Below are positions 1 to 13,119 of a stretch of DNA of 64,000 bases, one piece after another (positions within the stretch are counted from its first letter, which is position 1; each line of letters starts with the position of its first letter). A program made the position numbers and the translations under genes. Below the pieces are notes generated by a model. The model made no database searches. It was not told the origin of the DNA and saw only the letters and a list, made by a program, of their open reading frames with translations. This DNA is from Octopus vulgaris (taxonomy: Eukaryota). Location of the stretch: NCBI GenBank assembly GCA_951406725.2, contig OX597815.1, forward strand, positions 161,386,001 to 161,450,000, in the 5' to 3' direction.

Positions 1-44
1 GAGGCATGTTCTTTGTCTGTATTATTATTATTATTATTATTATT

Positions 45-468
45 GAGTGAGAGAGCAGTGCGTGCCATCAAAGTGGCATTGGGGTACAGATATACAAAAT
101 CAAATATAGCCATCATGACTACCTGTCTGATAAGGGTACACTAGGCACATGCATCACAACCATATGTGTGCAACATAGTGACCTTATATCAAGATAAGCA
201 GCACATGACCTTGCAGGTGGAGCCCAGTTATAATTCTTTCCAGGCCAAGTAGTCCATCCCACTCGGAGGGTCTCTGAATAAGGTTTGTTTAAGGATGATG
301 AACAAAACACCTATGTTTCTAAAGGTGAATTATTCAAGTCTTAAAGAATTCCTCTCAACATATGGCTATGATGTTCCCACACAATAGCCCATCTTTTATA
401 TCAAGACAAAACAAGTACATAACACTTCCAAACAGTTAATATCAGAAGCTATGAGGGCCACTGCCTGG
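45..468 (-). mobile_element. Non-coding interspersed element embedded in (ATT)n; homologous to 58341-58797
   Basis: Shares GCCATCAAAGTG, CTGATAAGGGTACACTAGGCAC and GACCTTGCAGGTGGAGCCCAGTTA with the 58 kb copy. Flanked by ATT repeats on both sides. Confidence 0.75.
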
Positions 469-850
469 TATTATTATCATTAGTTGAGGTAATGAGATGG
501 CAGAATCATTAGTATGCTGGGCAAAGTGCTTAGCAACATTTTGTTCATCTTTACACTCTGATTTCAAATTTCACTGAGGTCAACTTTGCCTTTCATCTTT
601 TCAGGGTCAATAAAATAAGTACCAGCTGAACACTAAGGTCAATGTAACTGACTTACTCCCTCCCCCAAAATTACTGGCTTTGTGCCAAAATTTGAAACCA
701 TTATTATTATTAATCAAATTCAATCAAGTTCTACCTTATATCTTTTTGGCATCAATAAGAAAAAAGAACCAATTACACAATGTTGTTGATGTAATCAACT
801 TACCACCCCACTCAAAAAGTGCTGGCCTTGTGCCAAAATTTGAAACCATA

Positions 851-977
851 ATTATTATTATTATTATTATCATCATTATTATTATTGCTATTATTATTGC
901 TATTATTATTATTATTATTATTACTATTATTATTATTTTTATTATTACTATTATTATTATTACTATTATTATTATTA
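851..977. repeat. (ATT)n microsatellite
   Basis: Direct reading; source of the poly-Ile ORFs. Confidence 0.95.
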
Positions 978-1533
978 TTCTATGTTTGACTTTTGCTTTA
1001 TGTCTGTACAAGTTGGCTCCAAGTCTCACCCAGAGACCTCAAGAGACAACAGGTTGGAAGTTCTGTGCCATATATTTGGGGGGTTTCTTTTTGGTTTTTT
1101 TTTTGGTGTTGTACTAGTAAATGTCTAATACATAAAAAAAATATATAAAATAAAAAAAATAAAATAAAATAAAAAAAGAAATAAAAATACAAAAAAAAGT
1201 TTGTTTTAAACCTTGGGATTACATAGAGAGTATTTTGCGTAGGATATGAGCAGTTCCCATGAGCACTATCTTTTGAATTTCTGCCATTTTGGGGTTTCCT
1301 GGTATCTGAGTTAGGTAGCAATCAGTCCCTTTCGCTATCATTCCCAGGGCACCTATGACAACAGGTATTGTTTTAGTCTTCAGCTTCCACATTTTGCTGA
1401 TTTCTATTTCAAGATCTTTATATTTGCTCAGTTTTTGGTAGGTCTTGACAGATACGTTTATATCGATTGGGACAGTCATATCAATGAGGAGGCATGTTCT
1501 TTGTCTGAAGTCTTTCAATATGATGTCTTTCAA
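978..1533 (-). mobile_element. 5'-truncated R4/Dong-like non-LTR retrotransposon (RLE domain plus 3' UTR)
   Basis: ORF 1219-1533 reads DIILKDFRQRTCLLIDMTVP..KLSKYKDLEIEISKMW..IPVVIGALG, an RLE motif set. Both ends sit in (TAA)n, the known Dong target. Bases 1-19 match 1491-1509 region, marking the end of a second copy. Confidence 0.85.

Positions 1534-1600
<67 letters not shown>
1533..1600. repeat. (ATT)n microsatellite
   Basis: Direct reading. Confidence 0.95.
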
Positions 1601-1602
<2 letters not shown>

Positions 1603-3516
1603 AATTCTGCTGTGGTCAACTTTGCCTTTCATCCTTTTTGGGTTGATGAGATAAGTACCAGTCAAACACTAGTGTTAGTCTAACTGACTTACACCCTTCC
1701 CCAAAATCGCTGGCTTTGTGCCAAAATTTGAAGTCACTATTATTGTTATTATTATTTTTGAAATTCGTTTGAGGTCTACCTTGCCTTTCATCCTTTCAGA
1801 GTCAGTAACCAGTTAAGCACTAGGGTCAATATAGCCGACGAGTCCCCTTCCCCAAAATTTCAGGCATTGTGCCTATTGTAGAAAGGATTATTATTATTAT
1901 TATTATTATTAGAAGGTGGCAAGCTAGCAGAATCGTTAGCACACTGGATGAAATGCTTAACAGTATTTCACCCATCACTGCGTTCTGAGTTCAAATTCTG
2001 CTGAGGTTGACTTTGTCTTTCATCCTTTTGGGGTTGATAAATTCGGTACCAGTGAAACACTGAGGTCGATAAAATCCCCCAAAATTCAGGCTTTGTACCT
2101 ATAGTAGAAAGGACTATTATTATCAGGAGAACCACTAGGGCAGTGAACTGCCAGAATCATTACAGCATTGGACAAAATACTCAGCAACATTTCTTCCAGC
2201 TCTTTATATTTGGATTTCAAATTCCAACATGATCAACTTACCTTTTCATTCTTTCAGGGTCAATAAAATAAAGTATCAGTCAAGTATGAAGATATGTAAT
2301 TGACTAACCTATGCTACCAAAATCTTGCTGGCTTTGTACCAAAATTTGAAACCATTATAAGAGAACAATTTAGGATGGCAAGCTGGCTGCATTGTTAGAA
2401 TATCAAAATGCCTTGTGGTATTATTCCAACTCTTTACAGTTTGGGCATAAATCCCACCAAAGTCACCTTGGCCTTTCAACTCTCAGTGGGGTTGATAAAG
2501 TAGTAGTTAAAGTACTAGAGCCAATGATTTTGACTACCTCTGCCCCCTCAAAATTACTGGCCTTGAGCCTAAACTAGATATCATTATTACAAGAACCAAA
2601 GGCGGTGAGCTAGCAGAAGCATTAGCATGCCGGGCAAATTGCTCAGCAATATTTCATCTGACATTATGTTGTAAGTTCAAATTCTGCCGAGGTTGGTTTT
2701 GCCTTTTATTTTTTCAGAGGCAATAAGTTAGTACCAGTTACACACTGGAGTTGATGTAACCATCTTAATCCCTTTCTCCAAATTTGAATCCTTGTGCTTC
2801 TAGTAGAAAGGATTATTACAAGAAAGATTAATCTCTGAGTGGATTTTTTCATAAGTCATGTAATATTTACTTTACCTCATCATTTTAGAAATATAGGTCA
2901 ATATTAACCAATGCATTCTTTCCTAATTTTTAATGAAATGTCAAAGCATACGAAATAATGTAATCTAATAAAAAGCCAAAAATAGTGAACAAATTTTCAA
3001 TTATTCATAACAAAGACTGAAATAAATAGATCGTGAAATAACTATAAAATATTTAAGAAGTTTTAAACATTTATAATAAAAATAACAGCAAAATGTAAAA
3101 GGTCATTGATTTGTTCTCTTTGCGATATCAGAATAATATTTCCTGCCAATCTTTTTTAGAGTGTAATTTCTATAACAATACTGACATGACAGTAAAAGTT
3201 AGACAGGCAGGTGAAAATGACAACGAAGTGAATTTAAGTTCAAAGATGGAGACAAAAAAGTAGGAGATGAGATGATCACAGAGAATGTAATCTCTAATTG
3301 GTGAGCTGTGGGTTTTGAACAAAAATGGTCTTGGAAATGGAAAAAAATGTTTTATTAAAACATAACGCAATTGGAATTGTTATAACTTTTCTACAGTATT
3401 ATATTGATCGTAAAGGTTGTTTAGAATTCTGGTAACATATATAGAGATATGTACTTATGTTATAATCAATTTTTATGACATTTATGTATTTGTTTTGCAA
3501 AATTCTTGATGTGAAA

Positions 3517-3978
3517 TCATCATCATCATTTAATGTTCGCTTTCCATGCTAGCATGGGTTGGACGATTTGACTGAGGACTGGCAAACCAGATGGCTGCAC
3601 CAGGCTCCAATCTGATCTGGCAGAGTTTCTACAGCTGGATGCCCTTTCTAGCGCTAACCACTCCAAGAGTGTAGTGGGTGCTTTTACATGCCACCGGCAT
3701 AGAGGCCAGTCAGGCAGTACTGGCAACAGCCATGCTCAAATGGTGCTTTTTACGTGCCACCCGCACAGGAGCCAGTCCAGCAGCATTGGCAATGACCTCA
3801 CTCAAATGTTTTTTTCGCATGCCACCAGCACAAATGCCAGTAAGGCAACGCTGGTAACGATCACGCAAGAATGGTGCTTTTTACATGCCACCAGCATGGA
3901 AGCCAATTAGCTGCTCTAGCAATTATCACACTCGGATGGTGCTCTTAGCGCTCCACTAGCACAGATGCCAATCATCAT
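3517..3978 (-). mobile_element. RTE-tail-type repeat (family C) with internal ~58-bp tandem units and a (GAT)n tail
   Basis: Plus strand begins CATCATCAT-TTAATGTTCGCTTTCCATGCTAGCATGGG, followed by repeated TGGTGCTTTTTAC.TGCCACC units. Closely matches 11618-12100. Confidence 0.75.
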
Positions 3979-4388
3979 GTGTTGAAACAGATATTGTTAC
4001 ACTTGGGGATGATCAGATGTTGCCAATCAAAAACATGCTCTATATATTTGGTCTTCAAGCAGAACAAAAGGTAACATGTGGGATAGAATCGCTGAAGAGG
4101 TCACATGATGTGTGACAAAAGAGCTTAGACAAAGAAAATAAAGTAACAATAATGAAGTTGAAGTGAAGACCAAATATATAGCGCATGTGTTTAATTGGTA
4201 AAATATGACCATACCCAAGCATAACAATTTTGGTAAGTTTTAACTATATTCCTTTAGATTCTGTATTGAATTTCTGATGGAGTTAAATCTTTGGTCAATT
4301 GTAAGCAATTCTTCCTTCCCAACAAATTCCTGGCCTTGTACCAAAGTCAGAAAAAATTATGTTGATTATTAGTGACATCTGGAATATT

Positions 4389-4603
4389 CTTTTCTACTCT
4401 AGGCATAAGACCCAAAATTTTGGGAGAGGGGTCCAGTCAATTAGATCGACCCCAGTGTGCAACTGGTACTTAATTTATTGACCCTGAAAGGATGAAAGCA
4501 AAGTCAACCTCGGTGGAATTTAAACTCAGAATGCAAAGACAGACGAAATAGTGCTAAGCATTTCACACGGCATGCTAATGTTTCTGCCAGCTTGTTGCCT
4601 TGG
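4389..4603 (-). mobile_element. SINE family A, full length, with TSD
   Basis: Reverse-complement family A sequence; CATCTGGAATATT duplicated at 4376-4388 and 4604-4616. Confidence 0.85.
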
Positions 4604-4724
4604 CATCTGGAATATTGTCAGATACTCTCAGTCTTCTACCAAATAGGTAATGGCAACCAGTAGAATTTCCATGTTAGTTTTCTCTTGAAAACTAGTTGTG
4701 GGGAAGAATGAAAATATTTTTATC

Positions 4725-4825
4725 TTTTATCTTTTACTTGTTTCAGACATTGTATGCCTGGTACTTATTGTATCCATCTCCTTTTGCCAAACTACTAAGT
4801 TACAGGGACATGGTAGAGGAAAAGC

Positions 4826-4892
<67 letters not shown>

Positions 4893-5015
4893 AAATTAAA
4901 ATAGGCAGCAGTTTGCAAAGCTTTGCAAAAAAGGAAAACACATACACACACACATACATACATTTATATATATATATATATAAATACGCACACAATGTGT
5001 GTCTGCTTATATATA

Positions 5016-5065
<50 letters not shown>

Positions 5066-5210
5066 CACTCAAACAATGTGTGTCTTTTAGTTTCCATCTA
5101 CCAAGTCTATGCACAAAGCTTTGGTCAGCCTGGTCCTAATGTGTCATAACTGAACCTGGGACCATGTAGTTGGGAAGTAAATGTCTTTCTATACAACCAT
5201 GTCTGAGCCT
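4725..5210 (-). mobile_element. SINE family B (tRNA-derived, internal TA/CA microsatellite), degenerate
   Basis: TTTTACTTGTTTCAG tail, AGTTTCCATCTACCAA core and GAACCTGGGACCATG head on the minus strand. Confidence 0.65.
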
Positions 5211-5407
5211 ATGTTCCTGAGGAAAATTCTGAGCACTGACAAGAATCAGCAGAAATTATAGTTCAGACAGTTCTATGAATGATGAGGCACAGTGAGTTGA
5301 AAACAAATTCTCTGACACAGAACTGTTTCCTGCCAAACATGTGTAAAATGTGTGCAGCATGGCAAAACCTTTCTGCATGCACATATTCAGCGTCCAAGCA
5401 TTGCATT

Positions 5408-5647
5408 GGTTTGCTTGAGAAGACATGTCAATGCTAAGTAAAATCATGACTGTCCTTGCAAACAAGCACATCCTTTACATCCCTCTTCAACTAAGCAATC
5501 CAAATCTTGTAGGATTGTGGGTGCTGATGCCACATAAAAAGCATCCATGCTAGTGCCACGTGAAAGCACCTGTGCCAGTGCTGCATAAAAGTACCCGGCA
5601 TGCTCTGTATAGAGGTTGGCATTAGAAAGGGCATCTAGCCAGAGAAC
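5408..5647 (+). mobile_element. Family C repeat fragment, inverted relative to 7658-7898
   Basis: Near-collinear reverse complement of 7658-7898; the track ORFs 5444-5656 and 7592-7924 give near-identical peptides. Confidence 0.75.
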
Positions 5648-6256
5648 ATCTAACATTAGTTAGACATCTGTTGTCACATGAAGGTAAAATCCAGATACTG
5701 GCTGCAGAGTCTATCATGAGAATCACACTACCACCTTCCTTTTGGTGGAGAAAGACAGGCAGTTTTCCTTTGACTTGCACATCTTGATGAAAGAGACGGT
5801 ATGTTGAATATGATTGAAAGGGCTGAGTACAAGCACTTTCTCACAGGCACAATTGCACCCAGAGGTGGGGGTGTTTCCCCACCCCTGATCTAAATCAGTG
5901 CACACTGCAACCATTTTGTACTTGCGGTACCTATATTCTTTTCAAAATTCAGCAGCACACCTGAACTAAAATTATAATTAAAAGTATTCTTTTTCATTCT
6001 TTTATTCTTTCATTTGTTTCAGTCATTTGACTGACATCATCAGCTGCCCCACGGATATCATTATGGTTTCGACACCTGGGCAGTACCATTCAATCTGGCA
6101 GTGTTAACAGCACTAAAATAAGTGTTGTTTGGGAACAAACATACCTTATATATCACATTTATTCAATTTTGATTCTAGGAAGGATTAAACACTAACATTA
6201 TTAATTGCACTACAACAAAGAAACCACATTTACCCTTTGTGCAATAACAGTATCAA

Positions 6257-6417
6257 GCTTCTTCCAGTTTCCATCTACCAAATCCACTCACAAGGCTTCT
6301 GTTCAGCCCGAGGCTATAGTAGAACTCACTTGCCCAATGTGCCATGCAGTGGGACTGAACTCAGAGCCATGTGGTTGGTAAGCAAACTATATACCACAGA
6401 GCCACTCCTGCACCTAT
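6257..6417 (-). mobile_element. SINE family B head/core
   Basis: CAGTTTCCATCTACCAAATCCACTCACAAGG...GGGACTGAAC...ACCACAGAGCCACTCCTGC. Confidence 0.8.
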
Positions 6418-6593
6418 AAGGAAAAAATTATATTCAGGTTATACTGCAGCACACCTAGCGTTGTCTCGTGGCACACCAGTGTATACCTGTTGCAGAGCAC
6501 TATTCTACACAGCTCATTTATAGACTTCTGTTTTTTATCTTCTTGGGGACATATCTGGAGAAACAGCTCTGTTATTTCAAGTGTTAAAAAGAA

Positions 6594-6790
6594 TTCTTTC
6601 TACTTTTGACAGGCCAACAAATTTGAGGGAAAATTGACCCCAGTGCTTGACTTCTACTTATTTTATCAACCCCAAAAGAATGAAAAGCAAAGTCGGTCTT
6701 GGCAGGATTTGAACTTAGAACATAAAACCAGAAGAAATGCTACAAAATGGTTTGTCCAGCAGGCTAATGATTCTGCCAGCTCACTGCTTT
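6594..6790 (-). mobile_element. SINE family A
   Basis: Reverse-complement core and head (GATTCTGCCAGCTCACTGC). Confidence 0.7.
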
Positions 6791-7551
6791 AGTATTTAAA
6801 ATAATTAAAAAATAAAATTTCCATCTTCTCCTTGCTTCTTTCCTTCTTTCATCCTTCCTTTCTATCTTTCTTTAATGGCCTAGTAAATAATATGGATTTT
6901 ATGATTATCATCAGCATCGTTTTTGCTCAAAAATCCCAAGAGAGTTGATTTCCATTCCTGAGTGGTTGATAGAATAAAAAGTAGTAATATGCTAGAATAA
7001 ATTCAATTGAATACATCACACACCCTGCTACCTTCACCACCAGCAATCTGTTCTATAAATCATTATTGTTGAAAATAAGATTACAGAGTCATTTTGTCTA
7101 AGTGTGCAAGCCAGTCCCCGAGGCAGCCATTAACTATATTTTCCACTCACTCTCTCTTTCTTTCTCTCTCTCTCTCTAAGTTGCATATTTGTTTGATCAA
7201 TGCAGAACACATTTTTATCCCAGCCTTGTCAATTAAGAAACAAAACAAAATAAAAAGTAAAAAATAGAAAATATATAAAATTTATGACAGACGTATCAAA
7301 CAATTTAGATCTTTCATCTATTTTGAATTCAAATATATGACATTGTATATATACTTATTACATATAACAAATTATTTATATATATATATTGCATATAATG
7401 AATATAGTTTAGTTGGTGTCACATACGAATTTATAAATATATATCTAAATGAGTTTTAATAAACAAATGCAATCATTCATATATATATAGACATGTTATA
7501 AACATATAATCACTTTTACCTAAGTATCTATAACAATAAACATATGTAACT

Positions 7552-7925
7552 ATCATCATCATTTAACGTTCGTTTTCTATGCTGGCATGGGTTGGATGGT
7601 TTGACACTAGCTGGCCAGCTGAAGAGCTGCCTGGACTTCACATCTGTTTTGGTATGGTTTCTATGGCTAAATGCCTTTTCTAATGCCAACCTCTATACAG
7701 AGCATGCAGGGTGCTTTTATGCAGCACTGGCACAGGCTCGTTCATGTGGCACTAGCATGGATGCTTTTTATGTGGCACAAACACCCACAAGCCTGCAAGA
7801 TTTGGATTGCTCAGTTGAAGAGGGATGTAAGGGATGTGCTTGTTTGCAAGGACAGCCATGGTTTTACTTAGCTTTGACATGTCTTCTCAAGCAAACCAAA
7901 CCAGCAGAAGCCTCAGTCCCTTAAT
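7552..7925 (-). mobile_element. Family C RTE-tail repeat
   Basis: CATCATCATTTAACGTTCG..CTATGCTGGCATGGGTTGG terminus. Confidence 0.75.
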
Positions 7926-9138
7926 CTAAAACATTCCTCAATATATATAACAATAAATATATATAACCATGCTTATCTAAACATATGTCAGTATGAAATA
8001 CATAATCATATGTTCAGGTAAATATGTTTAATAGCAAACATATACAATCATATTTACCTAAATCATATGTTACAGTAAATACAAACTCCTAATTATAACT
8101 TTCAGTTTTAGAAGTATACCTAAAAATGTGCAATAATGAATATATTCAATTGGAAATATACCAAAACATACTTAACACTGAATGATCATAAATATATCCA
8201 AACTGGAGGGACTGGTTATGTCTATTTCAAATTATATTTGATTCTTGATGCACTTGTTCACCTCAAATTTGGCAATCTGTCCTTCAGTTTGATGAAGGAT
8301 TCAGATATAAGTCTGTTTGGGAACAAGAGAAAGAAGGAGCAGGGTAATCAGATTTTAACATTTATTAATTGGTGAGGTGGTAGAATCATTAGAGCTTCAG
8401 ACAAAATGTTTTGCCTCATTTCTTCTGGCTCTTTAGATTCCAAGTTCAAACCCTTGGGAGTCAATAAAATAAAGTACTTGTCAAGTACTGAGTTGATAGT
8501 ACCAGTAAAAACAAGTAATTAATCAGTAAAGGGTTATAACTGGCAAACTTGTTACAACTAGAATACCTTTAATCATTGGTCTGTTTGATCATTACTTACT
8601 CAAATCTAAATGACGGGCTCTCCCGTCAGACATGACTATGTTCAGCTTTTGCCAAATGATTACAAGTGATTTGTTTATAGTGATTAAATGTTCAAGCTAT
8701 ACATTAGCTCAGTCTCTCCACCAAATAGACATTGCCTGAATAGGAGCACAGTGTACCACATGTCAAGTGTCGAAGAGTAGGCAGAGCAATGCAAGGTGAA
8801 ATGTTTTCTTCAAGAATACAGTGTATCACCCAGTCTAGGAATTGAAACAATGATGTTGTGATCATGAGTGCAAAAACCTTAACCACTACGCCATTCACCT
8901 CAAAGCTAAATACTACTACTACTGCTAATAATAATGATAATAATCTTTTCTACAATAGGCATAAAGCCTGAAATTTTGTGAGGAAAGGACTAGTCAATTA
9001 TACCAGTCCTGGTGGTTCTTATTTCATCAATCCCATAATGATGACAAGTTTGAACTCAGAACATAAAAATAAATGAAATATCACTAAGCATTCTGTCAGC
9101 TTGCTACCTTACTAATAATAATAGTAATAATAATAATA

Positions 9139-9340
9139 AGTTGACAAAACTCTTACTCAATCAGTGGCCAGCATCTGCTGGCTTAAAATCAGAGACAAGA
9201 GTTTATCTTGTGGCCTAGAATCAATGCCTACCATTAAGGTGCTATCAGGACAACATCTTAAAGAATGGTAGCACTACAACATGTTGACTGTACGAAAAAT
9301 AGCCTGAAACCATCCATCACATTGTCTTCATGTGTAGCAA
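9139..9340 (+). pseudogene. R4/Dong-like fragment (region before and within the CCHC knuckle)
   Basis: Frameshifted translation VDKTL..QWPASAGLKSET..QCLPLRCYQDNILKNGSTTTC..PETIHHIV; adjacent to (AAT)n. Confidence 0.65.
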
Positions 9341-10149
9341 GTCATTGATGAGGCAATGGATAACAAAAGGATGTTGACAAACAATTGATTGACTGTTTAA
9401 CCTGCTCGTTAAACAAACAATCGATTAGTTAGATATTTAACCAACAGACTAACAACAAAGAAGTGGAATTGAACCTGAGCACCTGTTGTTAATTTTGGCA
9501 AAATGACCCCCACAAGACACAACAAAATGTGTTTCTTGACATTGGTAGTGGTAATTGCTGATCTTTTGATGCAATAAAACGCACATGGATAAAACTTGTA
9601 AGGTATATTGTTCCTAAGTCTACAAATTTCATTGTTTTTTTTTCTTTAAGCAATGCTTTATTCTCATTATTAACAAACAAGATGGTGAGCTGGCAGAATC
9701 TATAACATACAAGACAAAATGCTCCACAGCGTTTTTCTGACTGTGTTCTGAGTTCAAATAACACAGTGGTTGAGTTTGCCTTCCATCCTTTTGAGGTCAA
9801 TAAAATAAATAATTGGGGTCAGTGTAATTGACTTACTCCTCCCCTAAAATTTCTGGCCTTGTGCCAAAATTTGAAGCCATTATTAACAAACTTGTTCAAA
9901 GTCCAAAGCCGGTTGAAGTCAACATTGCCTTTCATCCCACTCAGATCAATAAAAGCACCAGTCAAGCACACCATTTGATTGGTCAGTTTAACTTACCAAC
10001 CTCTCCCCACAAATTATTAGCCTTGTGCTTATGTGAGAAATGATTAATACCTAAACCCTCTTGTATTATTTGCAGAATACTTAAAAAGTAAATAGCTCAA
10101 GAATTTTAAAACTTTCACAACCATATTTTAACAAGATGTATAAAGAACC

Positions 10150-10440
10150 CCTTTGAACAAAAATGACAATGGGATTGTACCTAGAAAGTTACCCTCTAAA
10201 GCACAAGTCCAAGTAAGGTTGTTTATGGAAGACCAGCAGTCACCCATGCATACCAGCCTCTCCTCTCCACGCCACCGATGTTATCCAAGGGAAAGGCAAA
10301 TGCTGATGCAGCTTGGCACCAGTGACATCTCAACTCATTACTATAGCTAAGTGAACTGGAGCATTATGAAATAAAGTGTCTTGCTCAAGAACACAACACA
10401 CAGAATTGACACTCTAACCACTGAGCCATGTGCCTTCACA
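10150..10440 (-). mobile_element. CORE-like tRNA-derived SINE
   Basis: Minus-strand head GTGAAGGCACATGGCTCAGTGGTTAG, then TGTTCTTGAGCAAGACACTTTATTTC. Confidence 0.7.
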
Positions 10441-10624
10441 TAACAAGATATAAACTGCTAACACAATTCAATTAATTTTGAAAATAAGCAAGAATTTAAA
10501 GATGCTTAGCAGAATAACCAATTTTTTTCATTATTAAACTGGTGCTTGGGGCATCAAAAATTTTGTGTACGAAATTACAATGGAAGAATTTAATGTAGCT
10601 AGCATTCATGATGAATTGAAGATC

Positions 10625-10965
10625 AGAAAAATAAGCAAATGAAATGGGGGTTCTTTGGAGTAATGTTACTCAACAGAATGCACAGCTCAGAGAGCAGGAA
10701 ATCTCTCCAGGCTAAGTCACTAGTCCTGTGCATCAAGAGTCATAGCTCTGGTATTACCGACATGTGATTAGAATATCATAGGAAAGAATTACATAACAGT
10801 TTCTTTAAGCCAAACCAACCAGCAGGAGACCTAAGGGTAGGCCAAGAATAAAATGGCTGGATAATACCCATAGTTTCAGTTGGTCGAGCTTGAGAATCCA
10901 GCTGGAAAATCTTTTGAGAAGGTGCTTGAGTTCTCTGCTCCCGTGACACTCCCAGGAATAGTGAG
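10625..10965 (+). pseudogene. RTE-clade retrotransposon C-terminal fragment
   Basis: Decayed QANEM...WYYRHVIRI...RRPKGRPRIKWLD, the typical RTE W.GHV.R and GRP..W.D motifs. Confidence 0.7.
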
Positions 10966-11617
10966 CAAAGAAGATGGCTGTATGTAAATATGATTACTTT
11001 AGCTAAGTTTCTCATCATAGAAAAAGAGATAGCTTCTGATGCGTTAGTATCATAAAAAGTTAAGCTTAACTCAATCTAAACTTACTCTCCGTCTCATATG
11101 TGTATCTGTGTGTGTGTGTGTGTGTGAAAATCAGTAATATGCTGGACTTGAGGTCGTTGACTTATAGTTAATATGCTTTACACGAGTAGAGGATTATTGT
11201 GTGATACTTTCACTTTCATTTTCTTTCTCAATGAAACATATCAAGAATTATGTTCATTCATTATATTGATTGATAAATTTGCTAAGATTAATTATTATTA
11301 ATGCAGATGAGGATGCTGAGCCGACAGAATCATTACTACACCAGACAAAATGCTTAGTGGCATTTCTTCCAGAACTTTATGCAGTAAGTTCAAATTCTGC
11401 CAAGGTTAAATTTACTTTTCATCCTTTTAGTGGGAGCGGGGTCAATAAAATAAATACCAGTTGAGCACTGGGGTTCATATAATCAAATAACCCCTTCCCT
11501 TACACTTTCAGGCCTTTTACCTATTGAAAAAGAAAGAATTATTTTAAAAAGGTAATGAGTAAGCAGAACCATCAGCATGCATGACAAAATGCTTAGCACT
11601 ATTTCCTTCAGCTTTAC

Positions 11618-12100
11618 ATCATCATCATTATCATCATCATCATCATCATCATCGTTTAACGTCCACTTTCCATACTAGCATGGGTTGGACGATTTGACTG
11701 AGGACTGGTGAACAAGATGGCTTCACCAGTCTCCAATTTGATCTGGCTGAGTTTCTACAGCTGGATGCCCTTCCTAATGCCAACCACTCAGAGAGTGTAG
11801 TGGGTGCTTTTACGTGCCACCAGCATGAGGCCCAGTCAGGCGGTACTGGCAACAGCTACGCTTAAATGGTGTTTTTTACAAGCTATCTGCACAGGAGCCA
11901 GTCCAGCGGCACTGGCAATGACCTCGCTTGAATGTTTCTTCATGTGCCACTGGCACAAGTGCCAGTAAGGTGATGCTGGTAACAATCACACTCGAATGGT
12001 GCTTTTTATGTGCCACTGGCATGGAAGCTAGTTAGCTGCTCTGGCAACAATCATGCTCAGATGGTTCTCTTAGCGCTCCACAAACACGGATGCCAGTCAT
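11618..12100 (-). mobile_element. Family C RTE-tail repeat with tandem units, inserted within a family A SINE
   Basis: Collinear with 3517-3978. The family A head lies at about 11550-11617 and its core resumes at about 12115. Confidence 0.75.
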
Positions 12101-12753
12101 CAAATTTGATTCTGATTTACATCCTGAGATCAAATTCTGCCAAGGTCAACTTTATATTTCATCCTTTCGGAAATGACAAAATGAAATACCAGTCAAGCAA
12201 TGGGGTCAATATAAATGACATACATCTTCCCACTAAAACTGCTGGCCTTGTGCTTATAGTAAAAACAATTAGTAAGGCTGATGGAGATTTTTTTTTTCAA
12301 ATACTAACTTTTTCTTTTCAGCTTTATATTACATTTAATCACCACATTTTATGAAAGATTTTGGCTTCCTTTTCATCATATGTCATCTACATATATGAAT
12401 GCAGGTTCTTATTTGATGCAAATTCAAACGAAAAAAAGAATTACTGTGAATATGGGGTTTAGAACCAAAACAGTAATTACAAAATTGTGTACTCATCATA
12501 CAGAAAGAACTGTAAGTTATAATGTACTCTAGCATATTGTTAAAGGAAATACTCATTCATATGTACACATCTGTGTACTTTTTGTTTTCTGCAAGTGTAT
12601 AAACACTTTCTTAGACTAGTATATATATATATGTGTGAGTGTGTGTGTGTGTGCATGTGTATGTGTATGTATGTGTGTGTATGTTAGTGTGTAAGCATAT
12701 ATATATATATGTATGATGTGTTTGAGTGTGTGCATGCATGTGTGTGTGTGTGT

Positions 12754-13075
12754 GAAGGTGCATGGCTTAGTGGTTAGGGTATTCGGCTCACAATCATAAG
12801 GTCATGAGTTCAATGACCAGCAACACATCGTATCCTTGAGCAAGACATTTTATTTCGCATTGCTCCAGTTCACTCAGCTGGCAAAAATGAGTAGTACTTA
12901 TATTCCAAGGGGCCAGCCTTGTCACACTCAATATCATGTGGAATTTCCCTGAGAAAAGCGTTAAAGGTACATATGTCTATGGAACACGCAGCCACTCGCA
13001 CTTTAATTTCATGAGCAGGCTGTTCTCCTGTTCAGATCAACTGGAACCCTTGTTGTCATAACCAGCAGAGAGCCA
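12754..13075 (+). mobile_element. CORE-like tRNA-derived SINE
   Basis: A box TGGCTTAGTGG, B box GAGTTCAATG, core CCTTGAGCAAGACA...CTCCAGTTCACTCAGCTGGCAAAAATGAGT. Confidence 0.8.
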
Positions 13076-13082
13076 GTTATAA

Positions 13083-13119
<37 letters not shown>

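Larger units (their letters stand above)
487..2820 (+). mobile_element. Head-to-tail cluster of about 8 full or partial tRNA-derived SINEs (family A, Meta-SINE-like core)
   Basis: Repeated GAGCTGGCAGAA...GAGTTCAAATTC...GCCTTTCATCCTTT..GGGTC.ATAAA.TAAGTACCAG core at about 487, 1600, 1760, 1913, 2140, 2375 and 2600, plus a tail-only copy at about 790-850. Copies are separated by ATT tails. Confidence 0.85.

Noticed and set aside
680-1683. Poly-Ile/poly-Tyr ORFs that look like membrane proteins
   Set aside because: They are translations of (ATT)n tracts and SINE sequence.
3160-3305. Possible plus-strand exon after TTTTTTAG
   Set aside because: Short frame with no recognised homology; such signals are common by chance in AT-rich DNA.
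3670-3960. Regular repeats resembling a CRISPR array
   Set aside because: The units are imperfect tandem copies inside a retroelement tail, with no unique spacers or cas genes, in a eukaryotic context.
5660-6505. hAT-like remnant (GCACACC..GAGCACT end near 6445-6502)
   Set aside because: No convincing transposase translation or paired termini.
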